A DNA stretch of 64,000 bases. It comes from the human T2T-CHM13v2.0 reference genome, Homo sapiens. The notes under the pieces were generated by a model, which had not been told where the DNA came from, did no database searches, and worked only from the letters and a program-made list of their open reading frames with translations. The stretch lies in assembly GCF_009914755.1 (NCBI RefSeq), contig NC_060934.1. One strand, written 5' to 3'. Shown piece after piece: positions 29,856 to 43,240 of the stretch. The first letter of the stretch is position 1. Every line of letters begins with the position of its first letter. The position numbers were made by a program, and so were the translations under genes.

Positions 29856-30227
<372 letters not shown>

Positions 30228-30806
30228 TTAATTTCATGTTATGCAAATTTCACTTAAATGAAAAAAAAAACAAGTTGTGAGAACAAGCGGTTTTAATTTG
30301 TGTAAAGTTGACGTGGCAATAACTTGTGAAATGCAAAGGTTCACAGGGTTGGGAAAGTCCTCAAGAAAGAACCAGTCTCCAAAGGCTCCAAGGCCCACCT
30401 GGCTGACCATTCACACACCCCACTGGGTACTCACCAGTGTGCCTGCCATGCCCGGGCCCCTCACTGGTTCCAGGGCCTTCTGTACAGGGATTTACAACCT
30501 GCCCCTTTCGACACGAACACTTTCTTTTGCAGGCTCTGAGTAGATAGTCATGTGCCTGGGAAGGATGGCCACTTCCCTCCTGTTTCTGCCCCCGACTTTC
30601 CTTTCTGTGTGCCTATGCTGGGGCCTCCAGCAGACAGCGGAATGGACGCACGCATGGGGCCCACTGCCTGACCGCCTTCAAAGAGGCTGCTTCTGAGGGA
30701 TCCTCATTAAGAAGGAGGCTGTCTCCAGCTTTTGATGGATTTCTTTATCAGGATGGGGCATTGCGTTTGGTTCCTGGCTCACGAAGTAAATATGTGCATT
30801 TTATCA

Positions 30807-31024
<218 letters not shown>

Positions 31025-31388
31025 AGGAAGTGGGGAGGAAGGGAAGAGAAAAGCTGAACTGAGTGATGGCAGCTTATCTTTTTATGTATTTTTTGTGCTG
31101 TTCTGGGGCAGTCTGGGAGGAGGTAGGCTGGCCTAGGGAAGGATGGGAGGAGCTGTCTACTTTTCTATTACTGGGGAGATTTATCTAACACTGACATGAT
31201 CTGTTTCTTGACAGTCTGGCAGAATTCAGTGAAAACATGGAAAAACATATTTTTTGTGGGAAGACTCAAATCCATCGATGTCCTTTTTTATTGGTTATGA
31301 GACTACTCAGGTTTGCTTTCTTCCTGGCATCGGAAGGTGTTTTCTCCTAGTATTTTGTCCTTGCTGCCCAGGGGTTTTGCTACGTTGA

Positions 31389-31875
<487 letters not shown>

Positions 31876-32989
31876 AACTCTGACTTCTTAAATCAGATGC
31901 TGAGCTTCTGAATTCCTGGCGCTTTTCCTATTCTGACGTTGGCATTTACATCTGCAATACCTTCTAAGTTATGTTTAGCAACATCTCGCTAGTTTTTGAC
32001 ATTTCCATGATCATTTCATGTCTTCTGAGTCCCATGAGATATTTAGAAGTGAGCTGTTGAATTTTCAAGTGCGCGAGGATGGAAAAAAGTCTGCCTTCGG
32101 GAACTGCTTTCTACCCTCATCACGCTGTGGCCTCAGATGCGGGCCGTCTGCCTGTGTCTGAGGCACAGTGGGATTTGCTTCTCAATTTTGTGATTATTCC
32201 CAGGATACTTGAAAAGATTGCAAATCGCCACTTTTGAGGCACAGAGTTCCATGTCTCTATTAAGCCAAGATTGTTAATTATGTCGCCCTGAATCTCTCTC
32301 TTTTTGCTCTTTGTCTGGACCGTCAGTAATCCAGGCGTGGTAAAATCTCCCAGCGTTGGGGCTGGCCAACGGCTGCACCCCGCGGTTTTTGCTTTTTATT
32401 GCTTTTTGTATTTAGAGGCTATTTCATACCTCTGAGGAGGCGAACTTTCGATTCTCATGATGTCCATGTCCCTAATAATGCCTGGCTCTAAAGTCTGTTT
32501 CCTCTGAGAGTCAGACACCGGCCCTCCGGGTTACTCTTAAATATTTACTCATTTTCCCTTCTCTTGGTTTATCACGTGGGGGTCATTTGTGACGGGCGTG
32601 CTTCCTGCAAAGGGCATGCGGCTGGCACCTCTTATCTCCTGTGTCTTCTCACTGGCAGGGTTGGCCAATTTTCTTTTTTTGATATATGACATAAATGGGC
32701 CAACTTCTACCATCTTACTACTTTATTTTTATTTGTCCTGGTTTTCTACCTGTTTCTCCATGACCAGCTGTTGGATTTGATTGAGGTAACCGGCCCCTTC
32801 GTCTTCCTCATTCATTCTTCCTTCTCTATTTGTTGGGAGTTTGCACACCGACTCTCTGGTGGTGTCCTTAGCGCTTTACGGCAGTGCGGCCACACCTGGC
32901 GGCGCCCCAGACTCAGCGGTTGGCGGCTGAGGACACTCAAGGCTCTAGATCACCGGCAGCCCGGCTTTCAGTGACTCTGTGGTGAGGGT

Positions 32990-33370
32990 TCTGTTAGTTT
33001 GTGTGGCTGCTGTTAACCAATTACTACAAAACGCAGGCTTGATGTGGCACTGCTTCCTGTCTGACGGTTCTGGGAGTCGGAGGTCCGAATGGGGTCACTG
33101 GGTCACAGTGAACGGCGTCGGCCGCGCTCTGCCTGGAGGCTCCCGGGGAGAATCCTCTCCTGGCTCCTGGCCACGCCCTCCATCCTCACCGTCGGCAGCG
33201 CAGCCCCCAGGCTCCTTCTCCTGCTTCTCTTGTGTGAGGGCTTTCTCATCACCTGGGCCCACCCAGATCCCCAGGATCGTCTCAAGTCTGGAATCGCATC
33301 TGCAAAGCCCCAGGACCACGCGACGTCGCAGGCTCACAGGCACCCCTGGGCGGCCCGTGTCCTGCCAACC
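32990..33370. mobile_element. MLT1-type MaLR LTR (degraded)
   Basis: TGTTAGTTT..GTGGCTGCTGT.AAC.AATTACTACAAA...GTTCTGGGAGTCGGAGGTCCGAA...CCTGGAGGCTCCCGGGGAGAATCC. Confidence 0.7.
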
Positions 33371-33813
33371 ACACCGTTGCTGGAGCGTCTAGTTGGGCTG
33401 CTGCTTTCCTTTTCTGCCCCTGCCATGACAGTGGTGGCCGCGCCGGGCAGTGGGGAAGGGAAGGATGTTTCAATAAGCGATGTGCAGACAGCTGGATCCC
33501 CTCGTAGAAAAAACCTTAAACTCCACTTCACACTCCACAGAGTCCATCTCGGATGGCAGTTAGGTGGAAACGTGAAAGGTGGAACACAAAAAAAGATGCA
33601 TTTAGAGGATGTCATCGGAGAATATTTTCATGATCATGAGGTGAAGAAAGATTTTAAAAACCCCGAACACACCTAATGACAAACCACAGCTAACAGTGAA
33701 AAGCACAAAGCTTTCACCTAAGATCAGAAACAAGGCAAGGAAGCCCACTCTTGACTATTTAAACAGCGCTGGAAGTCCCCACCAGAGCAGTCGGGAAAGA
33801 AAGAGAAATAACA

Positions 33814-34128
33814 GGCCAGGTGCGGTGGTTCATGCCTGTAATCCCAGCACTTTGGGAGGCCGAGGTGGGTGGATCACCTGAGGGCAGGAGTTTGAGACCA
33901 GCCTGACCAACATAGCCAAACCCCGTCTCTACTAAAATTACAAAAATTAGCTGGGTATGGTGGTGTGCACCTGTAATCCCAGCTACTCGAGAGGCTGAGG
34001 CAGGAGAATTGCTTGAACCTGGGAGGCTCAAGGTTGCAGTGAGCCGAGATTGCGCCACTGCACTCTAGCCTGGGCAACAGAGTGAGACTCCATCTCCAGA
34101 AAAAAAAAAAAAGAAAAAAAAGAAAGAA
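33814..34128 (+). mobile_element. AluS inserted in the L1
   Basis: GGCCAGGTGCGGTGG...GGATCACCTGAGG...GAGACTCCATCTC plus A-rich tail. Confidence 0.94.
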
Positions 34129-35682
34129 CAGGCACACACATCAGAAAAAAAGATGTGAAATTATGTTTGCAGATAACAAGCTCTTATATATACAAGACCT
34201 CAAAGACTCTACCAAAAAACTGTTAGAACTAATAAATTAAGTAAAGTTGAAAGACACAAAATCAACATACAAAAATCAGTAGTATTTCTATACATTACAA
34301 TGAACTATCATTAAAATCAGTACTATACATTACAATGAACTCATCATTACAATGAACTATCTAATTAAGAAATTAAGAAAACCACCCTATTTATAATATC
34401 ATCAGAACGAATAAAATACTTAGGAATAAATTCAACTATCAAGTGAGAGATCTGTGCCTTGGAAACTGTAAGACACTGAGGAAACAAGTTGAAGGAGACA
34501 TAAATAAATGGGAAGATATCCTGTGTTCATGGATTGGAAGAATTAATCTTTTTAATTGCCCATATTACCCAAAGCCTACAGATGCAATGCACTATCAAAA
34601 TTCCAATGGCATTTTTGACAGAAATAGAAAAGCAATCCTAAAATTTATGAGGAGCCACAAAAGACCCTGAATAATCAAAGCAATCCTGAGCAAGAACAAA
34701 GCTGGTGGCATCACATTACCTGACTTGAAATTATGCAACAAAGCTATAGTAATCAAAACAATGTGGTACTGGTATAAAAGCAGACACTGGGCCCGATAGA
34801 AGAGAATGGAGAATCCAGAAATAAACCCACACGTTCAGGGTCAATTGATATTTGACAAAGGTGCCAAGAACACACAATGCGGAAATGACGGTCTCGTCAA
34901 TAAACAGTGTTGGGGTAACCCAATATCCACACACAAAACAATGAGTTTGGAGCCTTATCTTACACCATCTACAAAAACCAACTCAAAATGGATTACAGGC
35001 TTAAATGTAAGACCTGAAACGATAAAACTACTAGAAGAAAACACAGGATAAAAGCTCCTTGACTGGGTCTTGGCAATGATTTTTTGGATATAACATTGAA
35101 ATCATAAGCAACACAAGCAGAAATAAACACGTGAGATCACATCAAACTGAAAAGCTTCTGTATGGCTAAGGAAATAACGTAATGCAAAAGTGATCTATGG
35201 AGTGGGAGAAAATGAATGTAGAATGTATATTTGATAAGGGATCAATAGCCTAAGTATATAAGGAACTCCTATAATACAATAGTAAAAAACCAAACAACCC
35301 AATCGAAGAACGGGCCAAGGACCTGAAGGGACATTTCTCTAAAGAAGACATAAAAATGGCTAACAGGTTGATGAAAAGGTGACATCTAAAGGTGACGACG
35401 GAGCAGGTCTCAGCCTTAGCAAGATGACATCCTGTCGCCGTTGGCGACAACATGGATGAACCTTGAGGACATCACGCAAAGTGAAAAAAGCCAGGCACCG
35501 AAGGCCAGAGGCTGCATGATTCCATATACATGAGGAATCTAAGAGTGCAGCTCACAGAAGCAGAGTGAGTGGTGGCTGACGGGGGCTGGGGGAGGGAGTG
35601 AGAGGTGCTGGCCCAGGGTGCAAAGCCCTGGTGGTGCAGGATGAGGAAGCTCCGCTGACCCGCAGGGCAAAGGGTACACAGC

Positions 35683-38600
35683 GCTGATGTGTGCTGTGTG
35701 AGCACTGATGTGTGCTGTGAGTGCTGATGTGTGCTGAGTGCTGATGTGTGCTGTGAGTGCTGATGTGTGCTGTGTGTGCACTGATGTGTGCTGTGTGTGC
35801 TGATGTGTGCTGTGTGTGCGCTGATGTGTGCTGTGTGAGCACTGATGTGTGCTGTGTGTGCTGATGTGTGCTGAGTGCTGATGTGTGCTGTGAGTGCTGA
35901 TGTGTGCTGTGTGTGCACTGATGTGTGCTGTGTGTGCTGATGTGTGCTGTGTGTGCGCTGATGTGTGCTGTGTGTGCACTGATGTGTGCTGTGTGTGCTG
36001 ATGTGTGCTGTGTGTGCGCTGATGCGTGCTGTGTGAGCACTGATGTGTGCTGTGTGTGCTGATGTGTGCTGAGTGCTGATGTGTGCTGTGTGTGCGCTGA
36101 TGTGTGCTGTGTGTGCTGATGTGTGCTGTGTGTGTGCTGATGTGTGCTGTGTGTGTGCTGATGTGTGCTGTGTGTGCGCTGATGTGTGCTGTGTGTGCTG
36201 ATGTGTGCTGTGTGTGTGCTGATGTGTGCTGTGTGTGTGCTGATGTGTGCTGTGTGTGCTGTGTGCTGTGTGTGTGCTGATGTGTGCTGTGTGTGCTGTG
36301 TGCTGTGAGTGCTGATGTGTGCTGTGTGTGCTGATGTGTGCTTTGTGTGTGCTGATGTGTGCTGTGTGTGTGCTGATGTGTGCTGTGTGAGTGCTGATGT
36401 GTGCTGTCTGTGCGCTGATGTGTGCTGTGTGTGCTGTGTGAGTGCTGATGTGTGCTGTGTGCTGTGTGTGTGCTGATGTGTGCTGTGTGTGTGCTGTGTG
36501 AGCGCTGATGTGTGCTGTGTGAGTGCTGATGTGTGCTGTGTGTGCTGTGTGTTGTGTGTGCTGTGTGAGTGCTGATGTGTGCTGTGTGCTGATGTGTGCT
36601 GTGTGTGCTGTGTGCTGTGTGTGCACTGATGTGTGCTGTGTGTGTGCTGTGTGCTGTGTGAGCGCTGATGTGTGCTGTGTGAGTGCTGATGTGTGCTGTG
36701 TGTGCTGATGTGTGTTGTGTGTGCTGTGTGAGTGCTGATGTGTGCTGTGTGCGCTGTGTGCTGTGTGCTGATGTGTGCTGATGTGTGCTGTGTGCTGACG
36801 TGTGCTGTGTGTGCGCTGATGTGTGCTGTGTGTGTGCTGTGTGCTGTGTGTGCGCTGATGTGTGCTGTGTGTGTGCTGTGTGCTGTGTGAGTGCTGATGT
36901 GTGCTGTGTGTGCTGTGTGTGCTGATGTGTGCTGTGTGCTGATGTGTGCTGACGTGTGCTGTGTGCTGACGTGTGCTGTGTGTGCGCTGATGTGTGCTGT
37001 GTGTGTGCTGTGTGCTGTGTGAGTGCTGATGTGTGCTGTGTGTTGTGTGAGTGCTGATGTGTGCTGTCTGTGCGCTGTGTGCTGTGTGAGCGCTGATGTG
37101 TGCTGTGTGTGCTGTGTGCTGTGTGTGCAGTGATGTGTGTTGTGTGAGTGCTGATGTGTGCTGTGTGTGCGCTGATGTGTGCTGTGTGTGCGCTTGTGTG
37201 TGCTGTGTGTGCGCTGATGTGTGCTGTGTGTGCGCTTGTGTGTGCTGTGTGTGCTGATGTGTGCTGTGTGAGTGCTGATGTGTGCTGATGTGTGCTGTGT
37301 GTGCTGATGTGTGCTGTGTGTGCAGTGATGTGTGCTGTGTGAGTGCTGATGTGTGCTGTGTGTGCACTTGTGTGTGCTGTGTGTGTGCTGATGTGTGCTG
37401 TGTGCTGTGTGTGCTGATGTGTGCTGATGTGTGCACTGTGTGCTGTGTGTGTGCTGATGTGTGCTGTGTGCGGTGATGTGTGCTGTGTGTGCGCTGATGT
37501 GTGCTGTGTGTGTGCTGTGTGAGTGCTGGTGTGCTGATGTGTGCACTGTGTGCTGTGTGTGTGGTGATGTGTGCTGTGTGTGTGGTGATGTGTGCTGTGT
37601 GTGCAGTGATGTGTGCTGTGTGTGTGCTGATGTGTGCTGATGTGTGCACTGTATGCTGTGTGTGTGGTGATGTGTGCTGTGTGTGCAGTGATGTGTGCTG
37701 TGTGAGTGCTGATGTGTGCTGTGTGTGCTGTGTGTGCTGATGTGTGCTGTGTGCTGATGTGTGCTGACGTGTGCTGTGTGCTGACGTGTGCTGTGTGTGC
37801 GCTGATGTGTGCTGTGTGTGTGCTGTGTGCTGTGTGAGTGCTGATGTGTGCTGTGTGTTGTGTGAGTGCTGATGTGTGCTGTCTGTGCGCTGATGTGTGC
37901 TGTGTGTGCGCTTGTGTGTGCTGTGTGTGCTGATGTGTGCTGTGTGAGTGCTGATGTGTGCTGATGTGTGCTGTGTGTGCAGTGATGTGTGCTGTGTGAG
38001 TGCTGATGTGTGCTGTGTGTGCACTTGTGTGTGCTGTGTGTGTGCTGATGTGTGCTGTGTGCTGTGTGTGCTGATGTGTGCTGATGTGTGCACTGTGTGC
38101 TGTGTGCGGTGATGTGTGCTGTGTGTGCGCTGATGTGTGCTGATGTGTGCTGTGTGAGTGCTGATGTGTGCTGATGTGTGCACTGTGTGCTGTGTGTGTG
38201 GTGATGTGTGCTGTGTGTGCAGTGATGTGTGCTGTGTGTGTGCTGATGTGTGCTGTGTGTGCTGTGTGCTGTGTGTGCGCTGATGTGTGCTGTGTGCTGT
38301 GAGTGCTGATGTGTGCTGTGTGTGCTGATGTGTGCTTTGTATGTGCTGATGTGTGCTGTGTGTGTGCTGATGTGTGCTCTGTGTGCTGATGTGTGCTGTG
38401 TGAGTGATGTGTGCTGTCTGTGCGCTGTGTGCTGATGTGTGCTGTGTGTGTGCTGATGTGTGCTGTGTGTGTGCTGTGTGCTGTGTGAGCGCTGATGTGT
38501 GCTGTGTGAGTGCTGATGTGTGCTGTGTGTGCTGTGTGTTGTGTGTGCTGTGTGAGTGCTGATGTGTGCTGTGTGCTGATGTGTGCTGTGTGTGCTGAGT

Positions 38601-40583
38601 GCTGATGTGTGCTGTGTGCTGTGTGTGCACTGATGTGTGCTGTGTGTGTGCTGTGTGCTGTGTGAGTGCTGATGTGTGCTGTGTGTGCTGATGTGTGTTG
38701 TGTGTGCTGTGTGAGTGCTGATGTGTGCTGTGTGCTGATGTGTGCTGTGTGCTGATGTGTGCTGTGTGTGCTGTGTGCGCTGTGTGCTGTGTGCTGATGT
38801 GTGCTGATGTGTGCTGTGTGCTGACGTGTGCTGTGTGTGCGCTGATGTGTGCTGTGTGTGTGCTGTGTGCTGTGTGAGTGCTGATGTGTGCTGTGTGTGC
38901 TGTGTGCGCTGATGTGTGCTGTGTGCTGATGTGTGCTGATGTGTGCTGTGTGCTGACGTGTGCTGTGTGCTGATGTGTGCTGTGTGCGCTGATGTGTGCT
39001 GTGTGTGTGCTGTGTGCTGTGTGTGCACTGATGTGTGCTGTGTGTGTGCTGTGTGCTGTGTGAGTGCTGATGTGTGCTGTATGTTGTGTGAGTGCTGATG
39101 TGTGCTGTCTGTGCGCTGATGTGCGCTGTCTGTGCGCTGTGTGCTGTGTGAGCGCTGATGTGTGTGTGTGCTGATGTGTGCTGTGTGTGCAGTGATGTGT
39201 GCTGTGTGAGTGCTAATGTGTGCTGTGTGTGCTGCTTGTTTGTGCTGTGTGTGTGCTGTGTGCTGTGTGAGTGCTGATGTGTGCTGATGTGTGCTGTGTG
39301 TGCTGATGTGTGCTGATGTGTGCACTGTGTGCTGTGTGTGCGGTGATGTGTGCTGTGTGCGCTGATGTGTGCTGTGTGTGTGCTGATGTGTGCTGTGTGT
39401 GTGCTGTGTGCTGTGTGAGCGCTGATGTGTGCTGTGTGAGTGCTGATGTGTGCTGTGTGTGCTGTGTGTTGTGTGTGCTGTGTGAGTGCTGATGTGTGCT
39501 GTGTGCTGATGTGTGCTGTGTGTGCTGAGTGCTGATGTGTGCTGTGTGCTGTGTGTGCACTGATGTGTGCTGTGTGTGTGCTGTGTGCTGTGTGAGCGCT
39601 GATGTGTGCTGTGTGAGTGCTGATGTGTGCTGTGTGTGCTGATGTGTGTTTTGTGTGCTGTGTGAGTGCTGATGTGTGCTGTGTGCTGATGTGTGCTGTG
39701 TGCTGATGTGTGCTGTGTGTGCTGTGTGCGCTGTGTGCTGTGTGCTGATGTGTGCTGATGTGTGCTGTGTGCTGACGTGTGCTGTGTGTGCGCTGATGTG
39801 TGCTGTGTGTGTGCTGTGTGCTGTGTGAGTGCTGATGTGTGCTGTGTGTGCTGTGTGCGCTGATGTGTGCTGTGTGCTGATGTGTGCTGATGTGTGCTGT
39901 GTGCTGACGTGTGCTGTGTGCTGATGTGTGCTGTGTGTGCGCTGATGTGTGCTGTGTGTGTACTGATGTGTGCTGTGTGTGTGCTGTGTGCTGTGTGAGT
40001 GCTGATGTGTGCTGTATGTTGTGTGAGTGCTGATGTGTGCTGTCTGTGCGCTGATGTGTGCTGTCTGTGCGCTGTGTGCTGTGTGAGCGCTGATGTGTGT
40101 GTGTGCTGATGTGTGCTGTGTGTGCAGTGATGTGTGCTGTGTGAGTGCTAATGTGTGCTGTGTGTGCTGCTTGTGTGTGCTGTGTGTGTGCTGATGTGTG
40201 CTGTGTGAGTGCTGATGTGTGCTGATGTGTGCTGTGTGTGCTGATGTGTGCTGATGTGTGCACTGTGTGCTGTGTGTGTGGTGATGTGTGCTGTGTGTGC
40301 GCTGATGTGTGCTGTGTGTGCGCTGATGTGTGCTGTGTGAGTGCTGATGTGTGCTGATGTGTGCACTGTGTGCTGTGTGTGTGGTGATGTGTGCTGTGTG
40401 TGCAGTGATGTGTGCTGTGTGTGTGCTGTGTGCTGTGTGCGCTGTGTGCTGTGTGTGTGCCCTGATGTGTGCTGTGTGTGTGCCCTGATGTGTGCTGTGT
40501 GAGTGCTGATGTGTGCTGTGTGTGTGCTGATGTGTGCTGTGTGTACTGATGTGTGCCGTGTGCACTGATGTGTGCTGTGTGTG
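35683..40583. repeat. 4.9-kb complex TG-rich tandem array built from CTGATGTGTG / CTG(TG)n units, with higher-order duplications
   Basis: Directly visible; rare variant markers recur at fixed spacings of 935, 657 and ~1994 bp. Confidence 0.98.
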
Positions 40584-40825
40584 TCCACCGCGCTGTGGGC
40601 TCAGAACCCACTGGGAGGGTGGAGCTCATGTTAGCATTTCTTACCATCTACAGACACGCAATATAAAGGGGCAGGAGGAGCCTTTGGGAGGCGATGAACA
40701 CGTGCATGGCCTGATCACGATAATGTCTTCGTGGACACACTCATCCACAAACTCACTGAGTGGTCTATGTTAGGCATGTACAGCTTCTTACATGCCGGTC
40801 ACACCTCAACAAAGTGGCTTAGAAA

Positions 40826-41190
40826 ACATGCTAAAAGCACCAGCTATTAAGAAAAAGATTGATAAATTAGACTATAATAACATTAAAATATTTTGTTCAT
40901 CAAAAGACCCATTTAAGAGAGTGAAAAGAACTGGTACAGAGAAGACATTTGTCATTCATATAAACAATAAAAATTATATCCAAAGTATACCAGGAAAATC
41001 CAACAAACCTCAAAGAACAAAACCCAGATAACCCCACAGAAGAACCGGTGAGAGACAAAACAGGCTCTTCACAAACAGCTGGTTGGTGAAAAGCCGAAAG
41101 GGCTGGGACTCCCGGGCACACCAGGACATGCAGACAGACAGGGTGTCTGGTAACGGGGGGTGGGGCAGATAAATTGTGGTGGGTGGAACA
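40826..41190 (+). mobile_element. Older L1M ORF2/3' fragment, continuing the fragment at ~33480-33665
   Basis: AAAAAGATTGATAAATTAGACTATAATAACATTAAAA...TCATCAAAAGAC...AAGAGAGTGAAAAGA. Confidence 0.7.
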
Positions 41191-41196
41191 CGGCCG

Positions 41197-42015
41197 GCCA
41201 CAGAGACCAGCCACGGAGCCAGGCAGGAACCAGAGCCACAGAGACCAGCCACGGAGCCAGGCAGGAGCCGGAGCCATGGAGCCAGGCAGGAGCCGTAGCC
41301 ACAGAGACCAGCCACGGAGCCAGGCAGGAGCCGGAGCCACAGAGACCAGCCACGGAGCCAGGCAGGAGCCGGAGCCACAGAGACCAGCCACGGAGCCAGG
41401 CAGGAGCCGGAGCCACGGAGACCAGCCACGGAGCCAGGCAGGAGCCGGAGCCACGGAGACCAGCCACGGAGCCAGGCAGGAGCCGGAGCCACGGAGACCA
41501 GCCACGGAGCCAGGCAGGAGCCGGAGCCGCAGAGACCCACCACAGAGCCAGGCAGGAGTCGGAGCCACGGAGCCAGGCAGGAACTGGAGCCACAGAGACC
41601 AGCCACGGAGCCAGGCAGGAGCCAGAGCCACAGAGACCAGCCATGGAGCCAGGCAGGAGCCAGAGCCACAGAGACCAGCCACGGAGCCAGGCAGGAGCCG
41701 GAGCCACAGAGACCTGCCACAGAGCCAGGCAGGAGCCGGAGCCACGGAGCCAGGCAGGAACCGGAGCCACGGAGACCAGCCACGGAGCCAGGCAGGAGCC
41801 GGAGCCACAGAGACCAGCCACGGAGCCAGGGAGGAGCCGGAGCCACGGAGACCAGCCACGGAGCCAGGCAGGAGCCGGAGCCACAGAGACCAGCCACGGA
41901 GCCAGGGAGGAGCCGGAGCCACGGAGACCAGCCACGGAGCCAGGCAGGAGCCGGAGCCACAGAGACCAGCCACGGAGCCAGGCAGAAGCTGGAGCCACAG
42001 AGCCAGGCAGGAGCT
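41197..42015. repeat. Minisatellite, 38-bp unit GGAGCCACAGAGACCAGCCACGGAGCCAGGCAGGAGCC with ~23-bp short variants
   Basis: Directly visible tandem array, ~23 units. Confidence 0.97.
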
Positions 42016-43139
42016 GGATGCAGCATGTGCCCTCAGATGCCATTTGCACGAGTTTAATAACAGGCACCCCAGGCTGCAGGATTTTGGGGTGCTGATCTTG
42101 GAGGTGAGGTGATAAAAGGCCCTGGCTTTGCAGTACAGTCAGGAGGGTGGGCGCTGTGGGCGGCGAGCTGGGCTGGGGAAGCAGGAGTGGCTCTCGGGTG
42201 GGTGCAGGTGCTGCCTCCTGCCTGATTCTCCATTTGGGCATTTTTCTAGAGCCATGGTGCACTTCACTATCAAAAACGGTTTCCGACACCTCCATGAGCC
42301 TCGTGTCTGTGCCAACCGACTCCAGCTCCGGGCTCCCTGCCTCTCCACCCGGCACTCCCACCCTCTCCACAGCCTGAGCCCCACCCAGTCCTGGGCCACT
42401 GAGCCACCCTCCTGCCATGCAGGGCAGACACAACCCCACACGGTGCTCGTCAGGGGAAGGCAGGAGGGCGGCCGGAGGGACCAGCCACAGTTCCGAGAAG
42501 GGGCTGACCGTGGCCTGTGATGGACGGGGCACCCAGTGGGCCAGAATCAGACGGAGAACAGCTATAAGCTGCCACGCCGACTGCTGTGGGAGCTCCTGGG
42601 CCTGGAGGAGCCTCCCTGGGACACGGTGCCTGCAGGGCCCTCTGTCCTTGGACCTCCTCCTTCAAGGATCCACTTCGCACATGTGCCCTTCTGCAAACTT
42701 CCGTGACACCGATGCAAATTTGCTCTTTCTGTATTTCATGTAAAAAATTTCCACTCACAAGCAGGAGACTCCACGAGGCCTTGGGGTCACAGGAAGGCTC
42801 GGAGTGCCAGAGTACAGAGTCCAATTTGAGCATTGTTCAGGTTCAACTGACCACAGGGAGCTGCCTGCATTTAAAGTGAGCAACGTGACGGGACTGGACG
42901 CTGCACGCCAGCAAGTCATCGCCACAGCGAAGGTCACGGCACACCCAGCCCCAGGAGCTTCCCCAAAATGCCTGCAACCCTCCCTCCTGCACCCACGACC
43001 CTCCCCCAACTTCTCCTGCAGCCCCAGCCCCCACCCCCAGGAAGCAACTTACCTGCCTTCTGACTTGTACATTGGTTTGTATTTCCCAGGCTTTTGTAAA
43101 AATGAAACCATCCCTGTGCACTCCCTTGATCCAGCCTCT

Positions 43140-43240
43140 TTCCCTCAGCGTAATCCTTCTGAGTGAGCCCCGTCACCCCTCGGCGTAATCCTTCTGAGTG
43201 AGCCCCGTCACCCCTCAGCGTAATCCTTCTGAGCCCCGTC
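43140..43240. repeat. 35-bp tandem repeat x3 (CCTC[A/G]GCGTAATCCTTCTGAGTGAGCCCCGTCACC)
   Basis: Directly visible. Confidence 0.85.

Larger units (their letters stand above)
33670..40825 (+). mobile_element. 5'-truncated L1 (L1MA/L1MB-like) ORF2 RT/C-terminal region plus 3' UTR, interrupted by an Alu and a 4.9-kb repeat
   Basis: ORF2 remnants KWEDILCSWIGRIN and ENPEINPH..GQLIFDKGAKN...NSKWI.GLNVRPETIKLLEEN; 3'-UTR-like sequence resumes after 40585 and ends CACCTCAACAAAGTGG. Confidence 0.85.

Noticed and set aside
34443-35051. L1 ORF2-like peptides
   Set aside because: Fragmented by stops and frameshifts; a dead element, recorded only as a mobile element.
35472-40647. Very long minus-strand ORFs (1052, 1702 and 1257 aa; His/Thr/Gln/Ala-rich)
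   Set aside because: All three frames are open only because the CA-rich repeat strand almost never forms stop codons. The region is intronic and shows no coding signal.
40900-42532. Repetitive ORFs on both strands (311-487 aa)
   Set aside because: Translations of the 38-bp VNTR.
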